This document shows positions 18,670 through 28,933 of a stretch of DNA of 64,000 nucleotides, piece by piece. Each line of letters begins with the position of its first letter. Position 1 is the first letter of the stretch. The DNA lies in contig JBBDOX010000016.1 of assembly GCA_040876835.1 (NCBI GenBank), forward strand, positions 98,875 through 162,874. Reading direction: 5' to 3'. Source of the DNA: Candidatus Anderseniibacteriota bacterium. GTDB lineage: Bacteria > Patescibacteriota > Andersenbacteria > UBA10190. The position numbers and the translations under genes were made by a program. The notes under the pieces are model-generated. The model ran no database searches, had not been told where the DNA came from, and saw only the letters and a list, made by a program, of their open reading frames with translations.

Positions 18670-19109
18670 ATCAAAAGTATGAGCAATTTCATGTTGGGGT
18701 AAAAGGGTGCATTACCCGGAGCGACGAAGTTCTGTTGCTGGAGGCAGTTGATTATAAAGGGAATGCGCACTGGGATTTTCCTGGCGGAAGAGTACGAGAT
18801 AATGAGACGATAGAACAGACCCTTATACGGGAGTTGAAGGAAGAAATTCCTTCGATTATTAGTTCTGATATTCAAATCGGCCGGGTCATTCATGTGGGTC
18901 GTCTTCTTCAGAACACCGGAGATGGGCTACCACTAATCTTAATCTTTTTCCGTATCAAGACCGAGCTACCTGTTGTGAGACTCAGTCGTGAGCATACCGG
19001 TCACCGCTGGGTTACGGCAGATGATGTTGAAACTCTCCAGAAGGCCAGTGGTATTCGTCTGGATGAAGAAGCTGAGGGAAAAGCATTACGTAAACTGTTC
19101 AACCTATGA
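18666..19109 (+). CDS. NUDIX hydrolase
   Basis: Nudix box 'GGRVRDNETIEQTLIRELKEEI' (GX5EX7REUXEEXGU). Confidence 0.8.
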   Translation: MNQKYEQFHVGVKGCITRSDEVLLLEAVDYKGNAHWDFPGGRVRDNETIEQTLIRELKEEIPSIISSDIQIGRVIHVGRLLQNTGDGLPLILIFFRIKTELPVVRLSREHTGHRWVTADDVETLQKASGIRLDEEAEGKALRKLFNL

Positions 19110-20248
19110 AAATCGCCTTTGTCACTACGCAGACGCTTGCCGGTTCCACTGTTGTTGGGCGTGTCCTCCCGCTTGCGAAAAAACTCGCCGGCACGCACGA
19201 AGTTTATATGTTTGTACATGAGAGTGGCGTAGAGCTCCCTGATGAAATAAAAATTGAAAGTATTGGAAAAGATCCGTTCATTCGTACAGCTTCGGGCAAG
19301 AAAAGATTGCGCGGCATAGCTCTTATAGGACGGATGCTGTTAAACGCCTGGCAAACACTTTTAGCACTGGTTCATGTTCAGCCTGATGTGGCTATTATTG
19401 TTAAACCGCTCCCTCAAAATGTATTGGCAGTTTGGTTGTGGCATCTCTTTAACTCGAAACGAAGGGTAATTTTAGATGTCGACGACTTTGAACTAACAGC
19501 CAACGACCTCGCATCAGTCTATCAGCGAGCGACAGTTCACTGGGCAGAGCGCAGCGGGGCATCAATATCATCCGCTATTGCTACCGCAACTCCTTTTCTC
19601 GAAGACCACTTTCGACAGCTTACCGCGGCGAAAAAACATATAGAGCTCCTTCCAACTCCTTTACCACTGAGCATATCAAGAATTGTTAGTGACTCTTCTC
19701 TGCACACCTTGCTATACATCGGAAGTGTTTCCAGATCCTCAGGACATCGTGTGGATTTACTACCTGAAATTCTTGAGTATGTGCGTCGGGAAATCCCAAA
19801 CGTCACGCTTACAATTGCCGGCTCGGGAGATGATATAGAGGGTTTAAAAAAACAATTTGAAGCCAAGGGCCTTACGTCAGCCGTAACATGGCTAGGGCGA
19901 TTCTCATTCAATCAAGTTCCTCAGATACTTTCTGAAACCGCAGTGATCATTGATCCGATTGACGGCAGTATTGTGAATCGTTCAAAAAGCAGTTTTCGTG
20001 TCGCCCTAGCAGCAGCCGTCGGAATGCCAATCGTAACCAGTAATATTGGAATTCGTCCCCTACTTCTGCCGGAACATCTTCATACGCGCTTTTTTGCTCA
20101 ACCTGGTGACGCCACATCATACGCAAAACAAGTCATTGACCTGCTCGAAAGTCCGCTATCCACACAAGATGGTGACAGTTTACTTGCACGGGCAGGGCAG
20201 AACACTCCGGAAACCATGGCCCAGGCGTACGGAAAACTCCTCGTCTAG
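19106..20248 (+). CDS. GT4-like (GT-B) glycosyltransferase
   Basis: 380 aa. C-terminal 'AAAVGMPIVTSNIGIRPLL', with a GT-B-like two-domain layout. Confidence 0.5.
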   Translation: MKIAFVTTQTLAGSTVVGRVLPLAKKLAGTHEVYMFVHESGVELPDEIKIESIGKDPFIRTASGKKRLRGIALIGRMLLNAWQTLLALVHVQPDVAIIVKPLPQNVLAVWLWHLFNSKRRVILDVDDFELTANDLASVYQRATVHWAERSGASISSAIATATPFLEDHFRQLTAAKKHIELLPTPLPLSISRIVSDSSLHTLLYIGSVSRSSGHRVDLLPEILEYVRREIPNVTLTIAGSGDDIEGLKKQFEAKGLTSAVTWLGRFSFNQVPQILSETAVIIDPIDGSIVNRSKSSFRVALAAAVGMPIVTSNIGIRPLLLPEHLHTRFFAQPGDATSYAKQVIDLLESPLSTQDGDSLLARAGQNTPETMAQAYGKLLV

Positions 20249-20288
20249 CTCCTTTCGATGTTGGCTTGAATCGCTGTATGCTATCCGT

Positions 20289-22628
20289 ATGTTAACTGAG
20301 CTTAATTTTTGGCAGGCAATATGGGTCGTTATCCTGCCTTTGCTCGTTATTGCTGTTCCCGGAAAATTCCTGGTTTCTTTTTCGAACCCGCGCAATATTG
20401 CAGCAACAGCCGTACATATTTTTGTATCTAGTTTAAGTATCTGGACTCTTGGCGCACTGCTGCTGACAGTTATTCATCTGCCATTAAGTGTTTTTTATGG
20501 GATTGGCATTGTTGTCTGTCTAGGGTTGCTATGGTGGCATCGTTACCAGTTATTCCAGCTTAAAACTCTATGGTATGTACTGGCGATTACTCTCCCTCTC
20601 CTTATTACCTATGCCGCCTTTACGATTCCGTATCTACGCATTCACAACGGACTACCCACCGGGGATTCTCAGAAAGCGATTTACTGGGCTCAAGATGTCT
20701 TGGAGCGCCCTGCTTTACCTGACTACAGTCGAGCGCCGGCGGTATTGAATAGAGATCCGGTTGATTTCTTTACGCCCGGACTGCATTCCCTGGTTGCTGC
20801 GGTTATGGACCTTTCTCCTGCTCCACTTATGTCTGTGGGCTTACTCGCCCTCGTTATATCTGTCGCAGTGGCGTTTCTGGCTGCGGCAATAATTAAGGAG
20901 CTATTTGATGATTACCCCCATATTATTCCACCGCTTCTAGCCGCAGTTTTTGTACTGACCAATTTTCGCTTTCTACGGTATATTCGTGAGCCAGGATACC
21001 ATTTCCAGAATCTCGTCGGGGAGTTCTTTCTATTTGCGTTAGTGTTCTATGGTCTGCGATTCATAAAGAAAAAGAAAACCAGTGATGTGATTCTGGGAGT
21101 AGCTGCGGGTCTTTCGCTTATCTTTACTCACCAGTTCTCAGCATTTATCGCTCCTTTCGTTTTAATACCGATTGTTATTGCGGCTTTAGTCAAAGACCGT
21201 CAACATATCCGGCAGTTCTTTTGGAAGCACGTTGCAGCCGCCGTTGCCTTGATGATCGCCGCTGCCATCATCATCGGAGGCGGGTTTCTCCTGGGGCTTC
21301 ACCAAAAAATTCCGCACATTTTCTCTAGCGACCCACATCTCATTTCTCTTGTTCGCCCGCTCACGGAATACCCACTCACCATGGGATCTATATGGTTTGT
21401 AAGCGGTATTGCCGGATTTATTCTCATGTTGTGGCAGGCGAAGAAATATCAGGCACACTATGAGGCGGTTTGGGCCTTCGCCGGAGTGACGCTGGTTATC
21501 CTTCTGCTTTCGCAGGGCCCGCGACTATATATCGATATTCCTCCCGTTCGCGCCCTCCTGTACTCGATCGTGCCGTTGAGTATTGGCGCCGCATATTTCT
21601 TTGCCAAGCTCCTGCAGACTATTCGAATGTCAAATAGTCTGCTCATTCGCTTCGTACTTACGGGCATCTGGCTGGTAGTGATATTCTTTCCCGCATGGTC
21701 ATCAACGGGTAGGGCGTTTACAACAACTAGTCACACTGTTCAAACGAACTCGACGCTAACTCCTGAGCAACTCGTTCTTGTTGATGCAATAAAGGAACAG
21801 ACCACCGATCCCACAGCTGGGATACTCATTGATGATTATAACCGTCGCAGCAGTTCCTGGTTAATTCTCTCGGGGCAACCAATGTACACCAGAATCGCTG
21901 CGGATATTGAACGACAGATGGAGGAGGCTGAGCAGTCGCCGACTCGAGAAGAGCTATATCTTACTCTTCTGGATTACGAGAAAATATTTTCATTGGGTAG
22001 CAGGCCTGAACTGATTCACCTGCTCTACAAGCACAACATTCACTGGGTTACGGGAATATCAAAAAGCAGCAATACGTCTTTCGCAAAAAACCCTGCTTTA
22101 GCTCCAGTGGCCACCGACGGAGACATTACGCTGTATAGCCCAGAAGAGGCTGTGTCGTGCGAAATTAATTCTCGCTGCGCCTGGCTTCTTCGGGCCAGCA
22201 CCCTCGTTAATGATATCGGGGATAACGAAGATACGTTCGAACATCTACCAGCCAGTATTCGCGCTGCCCGCTTATCAACTCCTCAGCAAAACATTACATC
22301 CACCTTCCGAACCACCACTGCACCAATTATTCCCTTGGCATTTAATGTTGGGGACTTTGCTCGTATTTTGTGGGATAAGGAGCACACTGGCCGCCCAGAT
22401 ACGGCGGTCGAACTGATGATCGAATTTGCTTACACGCCTTCTAACCCCCTAACTATCCTAACAGCGACCGGAGTACCCTACCCCATCCCGCCCACAGGAG
22501 TAATCCGAATTCCCGGGCGTGAGGTGCCTTTCGATGAGCGCGGATTTATAACCCTGAGTGTACAAAACCCCGCGCAGGAACTTGTCGCAATTGATATGAT
22601 TGCCTTAGGGTTAAGCCACATTCCATGA
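20289..22628 (+). CDS. Large polytopic membrane protein (780 aa) with a C-terminal soluble domain; YfhO/GT-C-like
   Basis: The start was moved to the ATG at 20289, the first in-frame start after the upstream stop at 20246-20248. N-terminal loop motif 'PTGDSQKAIYW'. About 12 TM followed by an approximately 330-aa hydrophilic domain. Confidence 0.45.
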   Translation: MLTELNFWQAIWVVILPLLVIAVPGKFLVSFSNPRNIAATAVHIFVSSLSIWTLGALLLTVIHLPLSVFYGIGIVVCLGLLWWHRYQLFQLKTLWYVLAITLPLLITYAAFTIPYLRIHNGLPTGDSQKAIYWAQDVLERPALPDYSRAPAVLNRDPVDFFTPGLHSLVAAVMDLSPAPLMSVGLLALVISVAVAFLAAAIIKELFDDYPHIIPPLLAAVFVLTNFRFLRYIREPGYHFQNLVGEFFLFALVFYGLRFIKKKKTSDVILGVAAGLSLIFTHQFSAFIAPFVLIPIVIAALVKDRQHIRQFFWKHVAAAVALMIAAAIIIGGGFLLGLHQKIPHIFSSDPHLISLVRPLTEYPLTMGSIWFVSGIAGFILMLWQAKKYQAHYEAVWAFAGVTLVILLLSQGPRLYIDIPPVRALLYSIVPLSIGAAYFFAKLLQTIRMSNSLLIRFVLTGIWLVVIFFPAWSSTGRAFTTTSHTVQTNSTLTPEQLVLVDAIKEQTTDPTAGILIDDYNRRSSSWLILSGQPMYTRIAADIERQMEEAEQSPTREELYLTLLDYEKIFSLGSRPELIHLLYKHNIHWVTGISKSSNTSFAKNPALAPVATDGDITLYSPEEAVSCEINSRCAWLLRASTLVNDIGDNEDTFEHLPASIRAARLSTPQQNITSTFRTTTAPIIPLAFNVGDFARILWDKEHTGRPDTAVELMIEFAYTPSNPLTILTATGVPYPIPPTGVIRIPGREVPFDERGFITLSVQNPAQELVAIDMIALGLSHIP

Positions 22629-24076
22629 AACAATCACGACTCACTGGTGCTGTCTTTCTGATGGGAGCCCAAGCTTTTGTGCTCGGCTTGGGATATATCA
22701 CACACCTCATCATTGGACGATTGTTGGGGCCGGGGCCATACGGCGTCTATGGCGTCGTGCTGTCCATACAGTCAATTTTGGGAATATTCTTGGCCCTTGG
22801 AGTACCAAGTGCCGTATCGCGTTTTGTAGCTCAAGATGAGCAGCACGCTAAAAGTATCTTACGTCAGGCGCTCAGACTACAGGCATATATCGCCGTTGGG
22901 TTATCTCTCAGTACAGTTCTACTCGCTCCAGTTATTGCTCGGATACTAAACGATACCAACCTGACGCCGATTATCTACTTTGTTGCATTGGTTATCTTCT
23001 CTCAAGCGTTTTATCAAGTGCACGCTCAGTTCTTAAGTGGCATGCACTTTTTCAATCGGCAGGCAGCACTAACATCTCTGTATGCTGTGGCCAAACTTGT
23101 TGGAGCCTTGGCTCTCATCTTTGTGTTCGGAGTGTACGGAGCCTTCGCTGGCTTTATTGTCGGAGGTACCATTGCAGCGGCTGTGGGGTGGTACTGGACG
23201 AAAAAAGTTGGCGGCGATCGACACAAAAAACTACCAATGAAGTCTTTTCTTTCTTTCGCCGGAATCTACGTTCTGATTCTTGTTGGTCTCCAGCTACTCA
23301 TGAGCCTGGATTTATTTATGGTCAAGGCTCTTTTACAGGATGATGTGCAGGCAGGCTATTATAATGCGGCCGTAACCCTGTCACGTATTTCCTACTTCAT
23401 TCTCCAAGGGCTGACTTATATTATTCTGCCCAGTGTCTCCGCTCTAACCAAACCGGGAATGTCACATGATAAGGCGGCTGCATTTATTCGTGACGTCCTG
23501 CGGTATTTAATCGCCCTTATAGTTCCCAGCGTTGCTTTGGCGGCAGCAACCAGTAAGAATCTCATTATTCTGTTCCTCTCTCGTGAATATTTACCTGCCG
23601 CACCTCTCCTCACAGTGTTGATGGTGGGTCTAGGCGGGTTAGCCTTTTATCTCCTGCTCACAACAATTGTCGCAGGAGCCGGTAAGGCCAAGATTGGGCT
23701 GTATATTACAGTTGGACTCATTGTGTTGAGCGCTATCCTGGGCACCATTCTAATACCTCGTTTTGGCTTAATCGGCGGCGCCTGGCAAACAACAATTACC
23801 TCGCTCGTGGGGCTACTAGTCCTGGGAGTATATTCTTTCCGAACTTTCAGCATTCCTGTGCCGGTGAAAAGTGTTATTAACATTATTATTGCTACCGGCA
23901 TCGCTGTTGCGCCGACATATGTCTGGTCAGCTCCCTCGCTTCTACTACCAGTCCAATACGTCGTTTTGCTGTTGCTGTATATTATTGCGCTATGGGTTCT
24001 GGGTGAAATTTCAGTCAAGGATCGCACGTATCTTGCTTCTCTGCATCCGAAGCTTAAGTGGGTGATTAAGAAGTAG
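22625..24076 (+). CDS. Wzx-like oligosaccharide/polysaccharide flippase (MOP superfamily)
   Basis: 483 aa with about 12-14 TM. Its profile is similar to polysaccharide biosynthesis proteins. It overlaps the upstream gene by 4 nt. Confidence 0.6.
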   Translation: MKQSRLTGAVFLMGAQAFVLGLGYITHLIIGRLLGPGPYGVYGVVLSIQSILGIFLALGVPSAVSRFVAQDEQHAKSILRQALRLQAYIAVGLSLSTVLLAPVIARILNDTNLTPIIYFVALVIFSQAFYQVHAQFLSGMHFFNRQAALTSLYAVAKLVGALALIFVFGVYGAFAGFIVGGTIAAAVGWYWTKKVGGDRHKKLPMKSFLSFAGIYVLILVGLQLLMSLDLFMVKALLQDDVQAGYYNAAVTLSRISYFILQGLTYIILPSVSALTKPGMSHDKAAAFIRDVLRYLIALIVPSVALAAATSKNLIILFLSREYLPAAPLLTVLMVGLGGLAFYLLLTTIVAGAGKAKIGLYITVGLIVLSAILGTILIPRFGLIGGAWQTTITSLVGLLVLGVYSFRTFSIPVPVKSVINIIIATGIAVAPTYVWSAPSLLLPVQYVVLLLLYIIALWVLGEISVKDRTYLASLHPKLKWVIKK

Positions 24077-24079
24077 TAT

Positions 24080-24664
24080 ATGAACGCTGGTCTGCAAATA
24101 CTTATCACCTTAATTGCCGCGGTTATAATAACCGGCGGTATATTTGCGTTATCGCTAGTTCTGTCCGGGGAGCGAGCATACGGATTAATCGAGAACATCG
24201 ACGGGGTTCCTTTTACCGTGGCTAATGAGGCAACACTGGTCACGGAAAAACTTGCCCACCTTGATGTGTACTTACGGGAACCTGCATTGTTTAAGCGACT
24301 AGTCATAACTGTGGAATTCGACCCGCAGAACCTGCGGCAACTAGATGTAGGAGTTCGAGAAGGAGAGTTTTGGCTGAGCTATCCCAGGCATACGATTTAT
24401 GACGCTTTGCAGCACACGTCGGGTCGCAAAAGTATAACTATTCCAATTAACCTTACAGACAAGTTGCAAGATTCAGATCGTTCAGTTGACGTAATGTTCT
24501 TTGCTGCAGCCGAAGGGGCAACCTCAAAGGAGGATGAAGGCGTTGATGATACTGCGCTGTGGGAGTTGTATAACTTCACAGCACATACGGAGTTTACGTT
24601 TCCAACTACAGATGAGATGAAAGATTACATCCGCAGCGTTATTAAGCGCGAGCGACCCCTGTAA
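24080..24664 (+). CDS. Hypothetical N-terminally anchored extracytoplasmic protein (194 aa)
   Basis: A single N-terminal TM followed by a hydrophilic domain. Confidence 0.4.
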   Translation: MNAGLQILITLIAAVIITGGIFALSLVLSGERAYGLIENIDGVPFTVANEATLVTEKLAHLDVYLREPALFKRLVITVEFDPQNLRQLDVGVREGEFWLSYPRHTIYDALQHTSGRKSITIPINLTDKLQDSDRSVDVMFFAAAEGATSKEDEGVDDTALWELYNFTAHTEFTFPTTDEMKDYIRSVIKRERPL

Positions 24665-24667
24665 TAT

Positions 24668-24835
24668 ATGGTAAATACTTTTACAGACCGTGTATTTTGG
24701 ACACTCTTGATTGCCATCGGAATCATTGCTGCTGCCCGTTGGCTACATCCCGCAACTTTTAGCGTGCAAACATTTCTGGTCGTGACTGTGATTACCTTTA
24801 TTGTGGGGGTTCTGTATCTTAAAAAATCCTCCTAA
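24668..24835 (+). CDS. Small 2-TM membrane protein (55 aa), missed by the ORF track
   Basis: The ATG at 24668 lies 3 nt after the upstream stop. Translation is MVNTFTDRVFWTLLIAIGIIAAARWLHPATFSVQTFLVVTVITFIVGVLYLKKSS. Its stop overlaps the next start in a TAATG junction at 24833-24837. Confidence 0.35.
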   Translation: MVNTFTDRVFWTLLIAIGIIAAARWLHPATFSVQTFLVVTVITFIVGVLYLKKSS

Positions 24836-26055
24836 TGCTGTCCTCGCGTACAATATTTGGCTTTCTAGCTATTCTCCTGGGACTGGTATTGTGCCTGGTG
24901 CGAGCTGATCGCCAATTCATTTTCCTAGCTCCAACTGAAGGCTCCCCACACACCGTAACACTCAAAAACAACACTACCTATGCTCAAGAATTCTCGGTCT
25001 ATGAAGACTCTATCAGTGTGTTGGCGCTTTACCTTCGTCCTCTTCAGCGGAACCTTCCTGCAGATTCTGTTCAGGTTGAACTATTACAAGATGGCGAAGT
25101 CGTCAGTAGTCACGCCGTTCCAGGGATATTTCTTGATCCTGATTCCTCGGCGCAAATTCCTGTTGACCCTCCCCTTCACGTAACTCCAGGGCAAAAGCTA
25201 ACAGTCCAGATAACAGTACCTGCAACTCTTAGTGAAAAAGTTGGTGTTCAGCTGCGGCAGCCAGATGAAACGTTTAACATCCAGGACACTACGTTTTCTA
25301 TCGATGGAGTAGTCCAGGATGCACCATTGGCCTACCAGGTATTTCAACAGACGATTCCTGTTTTTCCTCTTCAGGTTGGTGGATTATTAATTTTGACAGG
25401 AATATACCTGCTAGCACAGCAGTATTTACGCAGACGCCCCGAAGTGCAGCTAGGATTCGTCGCCGGCGCTAGTGTCTTGTACTCTCTGCCGTTGATATTG
25501 TCTGGCAGAGTATCGATTACCCTTATTGTTCTTCAGGTTGTCGCTGCGTTACTGACAGCTGTCGCGCTACGGCGGCATCAACTTTCCCTGCCCGCAATTA
25601 TGCTTGGCAGTCTGGTATTTGCGCTTACCACCTGGTGGGTAATGCATGTAGTGGGGTCATCATTATCCTTTGATCCGTTATCGATAAAGGATGCCCTGTG
25701 GGACCCCAATCAGGTCGTCTCTTCGCATGCTGCGGGATCCTATATCGGTATCCCTGCTACGCTTCTGGCAATACTTGGAATTATTACTGCCGGCAGACGG
25801 TTTATGAGCTTTATTTACATTGCCTTACTCACCAGTCTTCTGACATTTTTACAGCCCATTGCCATTCCGCATCTTGTTATCATCCCCGTATTTATATTAA
25901 GCTGGTTTGCCTCTTTCGGACTTGAAGCTCTGTATGTCTTCCTGGGCAAAAAAACGCTGATATCAGATGTGCTGATTATCGCTCTTGCTGTTATTGTCCT
26001 CCTTGATCTATATACGGTGGGCTCTGCTTCACTTCAATCAACACTGTCCTTATGA
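24835..26055 (+). CDS. Hypothetical membrane protein (406 aa): N-terminal anchor, an approximately 170-aa external domain, then a polytopic segment
   Basis: Hydropathy pattern only. Confidence 0.4.
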   Translation: MLSSRTIFGFLAILLGLVLCLVRADRQFIFLAPTEGSPHTVTLKNNTTYAQEFSVYEDSISVLALYLRPLQRNLPADSVQVELLQDGEVVSSHAVPGIFLDPDSSAQIPVDPPLHVTPGQKLTVQITVPATLSEKVGVQLRQPDETFNIQDTTFSIDGVVQDAPLAYQVFQQTIPVFPLQVGGLLILTGIYLLAQQYLRRRPEVQLGFVAGASVLYSLPLILSGRVSITLIVLQVVAALLTAVALRRHQLSLPAIMLGSLVFALTTWWVMHVVGSSLSFDPLSIKDALWDPNQVVSSHAAGSYIGIPATLLAILGIITAGRRFMSFIYIALLTSLLTFLQPIAIPHLVIIPVFILSWFASFGLEALYVFLGKKTLISDVLIIALAVIVLLDLYTVGSASLQSTLSL

Positions 26056-27635
26056 GCGTCAAATCAACAACCGAATTTCAGCAAACAGCCAGCAGTGCCG
26101 GAGTGATCGGTTTGGCTGCCTTTGGCGGAGCGCTAGTGGGCTTTGTCCTACAACTCCTCGTTGCCTATTACTTTGGAGCTGGCGGAACAACGGATGCCTT
26201 CTTTATGGCGCAGTCGACTTCCGAGCTACTGGGAAAATTACTGATGGGAGGATCAATCACGGCCGTGTTCATTCCCATGTTCGTCGAACGACTGACGAAA
26301 GGTAAAAAAACCGATGCCTGGAGTTTGGCTCTAAACATCCTGCACCTCATGGCGGCTTTATATCTGATATTCATTGTTCTGCTACTTGCCTTTACTCGAC
26401 CGTTTGTGGCGTTTATAGCGCCTGGATTTACTGGAGAAACATTTGACCTAACTGTTACGCTCCTGCGGGTATTACTGCCCTCCTTCTTTTTCCTCTTCCT
26501 AGTTGAACTAGCGACATCAATGCTGCATTCCCTGCGCCAGTTTGCTCTTCCTGCACTCCTACGAGTGGTTGCTCCCGTGACATCTATTGTAACAATTATT
26601 CTCTCGGTACAACTGCTCGGCATCTACTCGTTGGCCCTGGGCACTGTCATTGGTGCAATTCTACAGTTTAGTATTCTGGCCTGGGGCTTGCGACGCCAAG
26701 GCCTAACATATCGCTTCATCTTTGCGCCCAAAGACCCAGCCATCCGACGCCTGCTGCAGCTGGTTTACCCTTTCATCTTTTCGGTTTTGGTGACTCAGGG
26801 AGCGGGCATTGTGTATCGTATTCTGGTGTCCGACTTAAGTTCTGGGAGCTTAGCATCACTAAAGTTTGCCGAGAAGATTACGCAACTACTAATGATTATG
26901 TTCCTCAATTCGGTAACCCTTGTGATCTATCCCCTGTTGTCAGAAAAAGCCGGCAAGAAAGATGCACCGGGGATGCAGGAGACAATGGCTTCAGCAATCC
27001 GCCTCATTTTCTTTGTGACCATTCCGTTGGTCATTGGCGTTGCCCTGCTACGAGATCCGCTAATTGATGCTGTATACGAGCGCGGCTCCTTTAGTGCTGA
27101 AGATGCTGCTATGACAAGCATCGCGCTTCTCTTCTTAGTTATTGGCCTAACCACGAACGGTATAAGTTCCGTTTTCGGACATGCAGTACTCGCCCTGCAG
27201 CAGACACGTGCGGCAGTAGCCGTGACGGTTGCCTCTCAGGTGATCGCTATTGCGTTGTTTGTTCTCCTTGTTCCCCCGATGCAGCACGCAGGCTTGGCCT
27301 TAGCCTCTTCCTTGGTGCCAGTGAGTGCTGCTTTACTGTATTTTCTGTACTTGCGACGCCATGTGCCAAATATGTCATTAATCTTTGTTCATCGCACCTA
27401 TGCAAAAACAGCCGTACTGGCAATAGCACTTGCTGCCGCTATTATATTGTCGCTTGCTCTGGTTCGACAGCTCCCACTTCCGTCCGGAGTTAGTTCTTTC
27501 GCAAGCTTGGTCATCCCGAGCGTTATTGGAGCTCTGCTCTTCTTTGGCGGAGCGTATCTCTGGAAGGTACAAGAAATGCATGAGGTTCTGGGTATTGTGC
27601 AGGGTAAAGTTGCCAAATGGCGTCAGGCGCCGTAA
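26052..27635 (+). CDS. murJ: MurJ/MviN-family lipid-linked glycan flippase
   Basis: 527 aa. The N-terminal 'LLVAYYFGAGGTTDAFFMAQSTSELLGKLLMGGSITAVFIPMF' is characteristic of MurJ. About 14 TM. Confidence 0.75.
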   Translation: MSVKSTTEFQQTASSAGVIGLAAFGGALVGFVLQLLVAYYFGAGGTTDAFFMAQSTSELLGKLLMGGSITAVFIPMFVERLTKGKKTDAWSLALNILHLMAALYLIFIVLLLAFTRPFVAFIAPGFTGETFDLTVTLLRVLLPSFFFLFLVELATSMLHSLRQFALPALLRVVAPVTSIVTIILSVQLLGIYSLALGTVIGAILQFSILAWGLRRQGLTYRFIFAPKDPAIRRLLQLVYPFIFSVLVTQGAGIVYRILVSDLSSGSLASLKFAEKITQLLMIMFLNSVTLVIYPLLSEKAGKKDAPGMQETMASAIRLIFFVTIPLVIGVALLRDPLIDAVYERGSFSAEDAAMTSIALLFLVIGLTTNGISSVFGHAVLALQQTRAAVAVTVASQVIAIALFVLLVPPMQHAGLALASSLVPVSAALLYFLYLRRHVPNMSLIFVHRTYAKTAVLAIALAAAIILSLALVRQLPLPSGVSSFASLVIPSVIGALLFFGGAYLWKVQEMHEVLGIVQGKVAKWRQAP

Positions 27636-27840
27636 GATCGTTATTCTTTCGTTACTTGTTCAAATCCCGCGTAAAGCGTTCGTCGATATTCTCCTGCAGT
27701 TTGGTAAGCTGATTTTGAACTTGACCCGCAAACAGCGCAAGATCTCCGTGGGTTGCTAAGATATCGTCGTGAATATCGGACGTGCCTTTTTTAACCATAT
27801 GTGTACTATACCGCAGCTGATTTAATGCTAAAGTGTATTC

Positions 27841-28929
27841 ATGAAATTCGCCGTTATTGAATATAGCTCCAAAACAGGCGCAATCTGGAAGCATACTTCA
27901 GAGCGGCCAAACTATCTGTGTGACCCAGTAAAGGAGATTGATCCAACCAGTTTTGGCTGCTATGTATCAGCCCTGCAAGGTGAGCATATTCCCCTCCTAG
28001 CCCTTATTAAGCCCAATTTCTATAAAAAGGTAATAAAGCGCCTAAGTGGATCCTGGCCCGGCCAGTACGATCTCTCCTACTTAGAGCCCTTTGATGCGCT
28101 CCTAGTGGTTTATCAGATAAGTGATGGACATGAGATGGTACGGCTTGTTAAGCGTCTTAAAAAGGAGTTTCCCGACAAGGTCATCGTGGGGGTGCCGACT
28201 CAGCCATGGGGCTTGTTAGAAATACACTGGAACAAGAACCCTCAAGCTAAATCTGAGATAGTTGATTTCATGAATGCCTGTGACGTGTTTCTGACAATTG
28301 TTAAGAGCACTCAGGAGCGCTGGCAGGCCATGACAAAAACTCCTGTAGAATACCTCCCTCAACCCTATCCCGTTGAGTATGCCGAACGTCATTTTCTTTC
28401 AAGAGAGAGAAAGGATAACGTAATTTTCGTCGCAGGTGTAACTGACCGGCCGAATATCATAAAAGGCCACCGCATTGCTAAACAATTGCAGCAGGAGTTT
28501 CCGGAATACGTTATTCACGTTACAAAAATTGATGGTATGCCGCTTGATACCTCAGAGTTGGAAGGGTCGCCGTACAAGGTTATGCCATTCGAGTTGTGGC
28601 AAGAACATCTTTGGTCTATGTCGAAGGTGAAACTGGTTATAAATACCGACTACACGCAAACACGCGGGCGAGTACAGGTTGACTGTGCTGCAGTGGGGAC
28701 TCCAAGCATTGGAGCAGACTCCGACGGCCAAATCGATCTGTTTTCTGACCTGCCTGCGGACAGTAAACAGACAGAAGAAGAGCTGCTTGCTCAAGCACGT
28801 CGTCTTCTAATCGAGCCTGAATTTTATGATGCAGTGGCGCAAAAGGCAAAAGAAAGATTACGAGCATGTAATTATGAGGAATCAGCTAGGCGTCTAACAG
28901 CCGTGATTCAAAGGTTTCGGCAACAATAA
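27841..28929 (+). CDS. Hypothetical protein, possibly a GT-B-fold glycosyltransferase-like protein
   Basis: 362 aa. 'GRVQVDCAAVGTPSIG' resembles the GT-B C-domain donor-binding loop. Otherwise unassigned. Confidence 0.35.
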   Translation: MKFAVIEYSSKTGAIWKHTSERPNYLCDPVKEIDPTSFGCYVSALQGEHIPLLALIKPNFYKKVIKRLSGSWPGQYDLSYLEPFDALLVVYQISDGHEMVRLVKRLKKEFPDKVIVGVPTQPWGLLEIHWNKNPQAKSEIVDFMNACDVFLTIVKSTQERWQAMTKTPVEYLPQPYPVEYAERHFLSRERKDNVIFVAGVTDRPNIIKGHRIAKQLQQEFPEYVIHVTKIDGMPLDTSELEGSPYKVMPFELWQEHLWSMSKVKLVINTDYTQTRGRVQVDCAAVGTPSIGADSDGQIDLFSDLPADSKQTEEELLAQARRLLIEPEFYDAVAQKAKERLRACNYEESARRLTAVIQRFRQQ

Positions 28930-28933
28930 ATAT

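Noticed and set aside
27652-27894. 80-aa minus-strand ORF between murJ and gene 27841-28929
   Set aside because: It overlaps the 5' end of the plus-strand gene by 54 nt, has no convincing SD, and has no motif. It is possibly a spurious ORF in a promoter region, and was not called.
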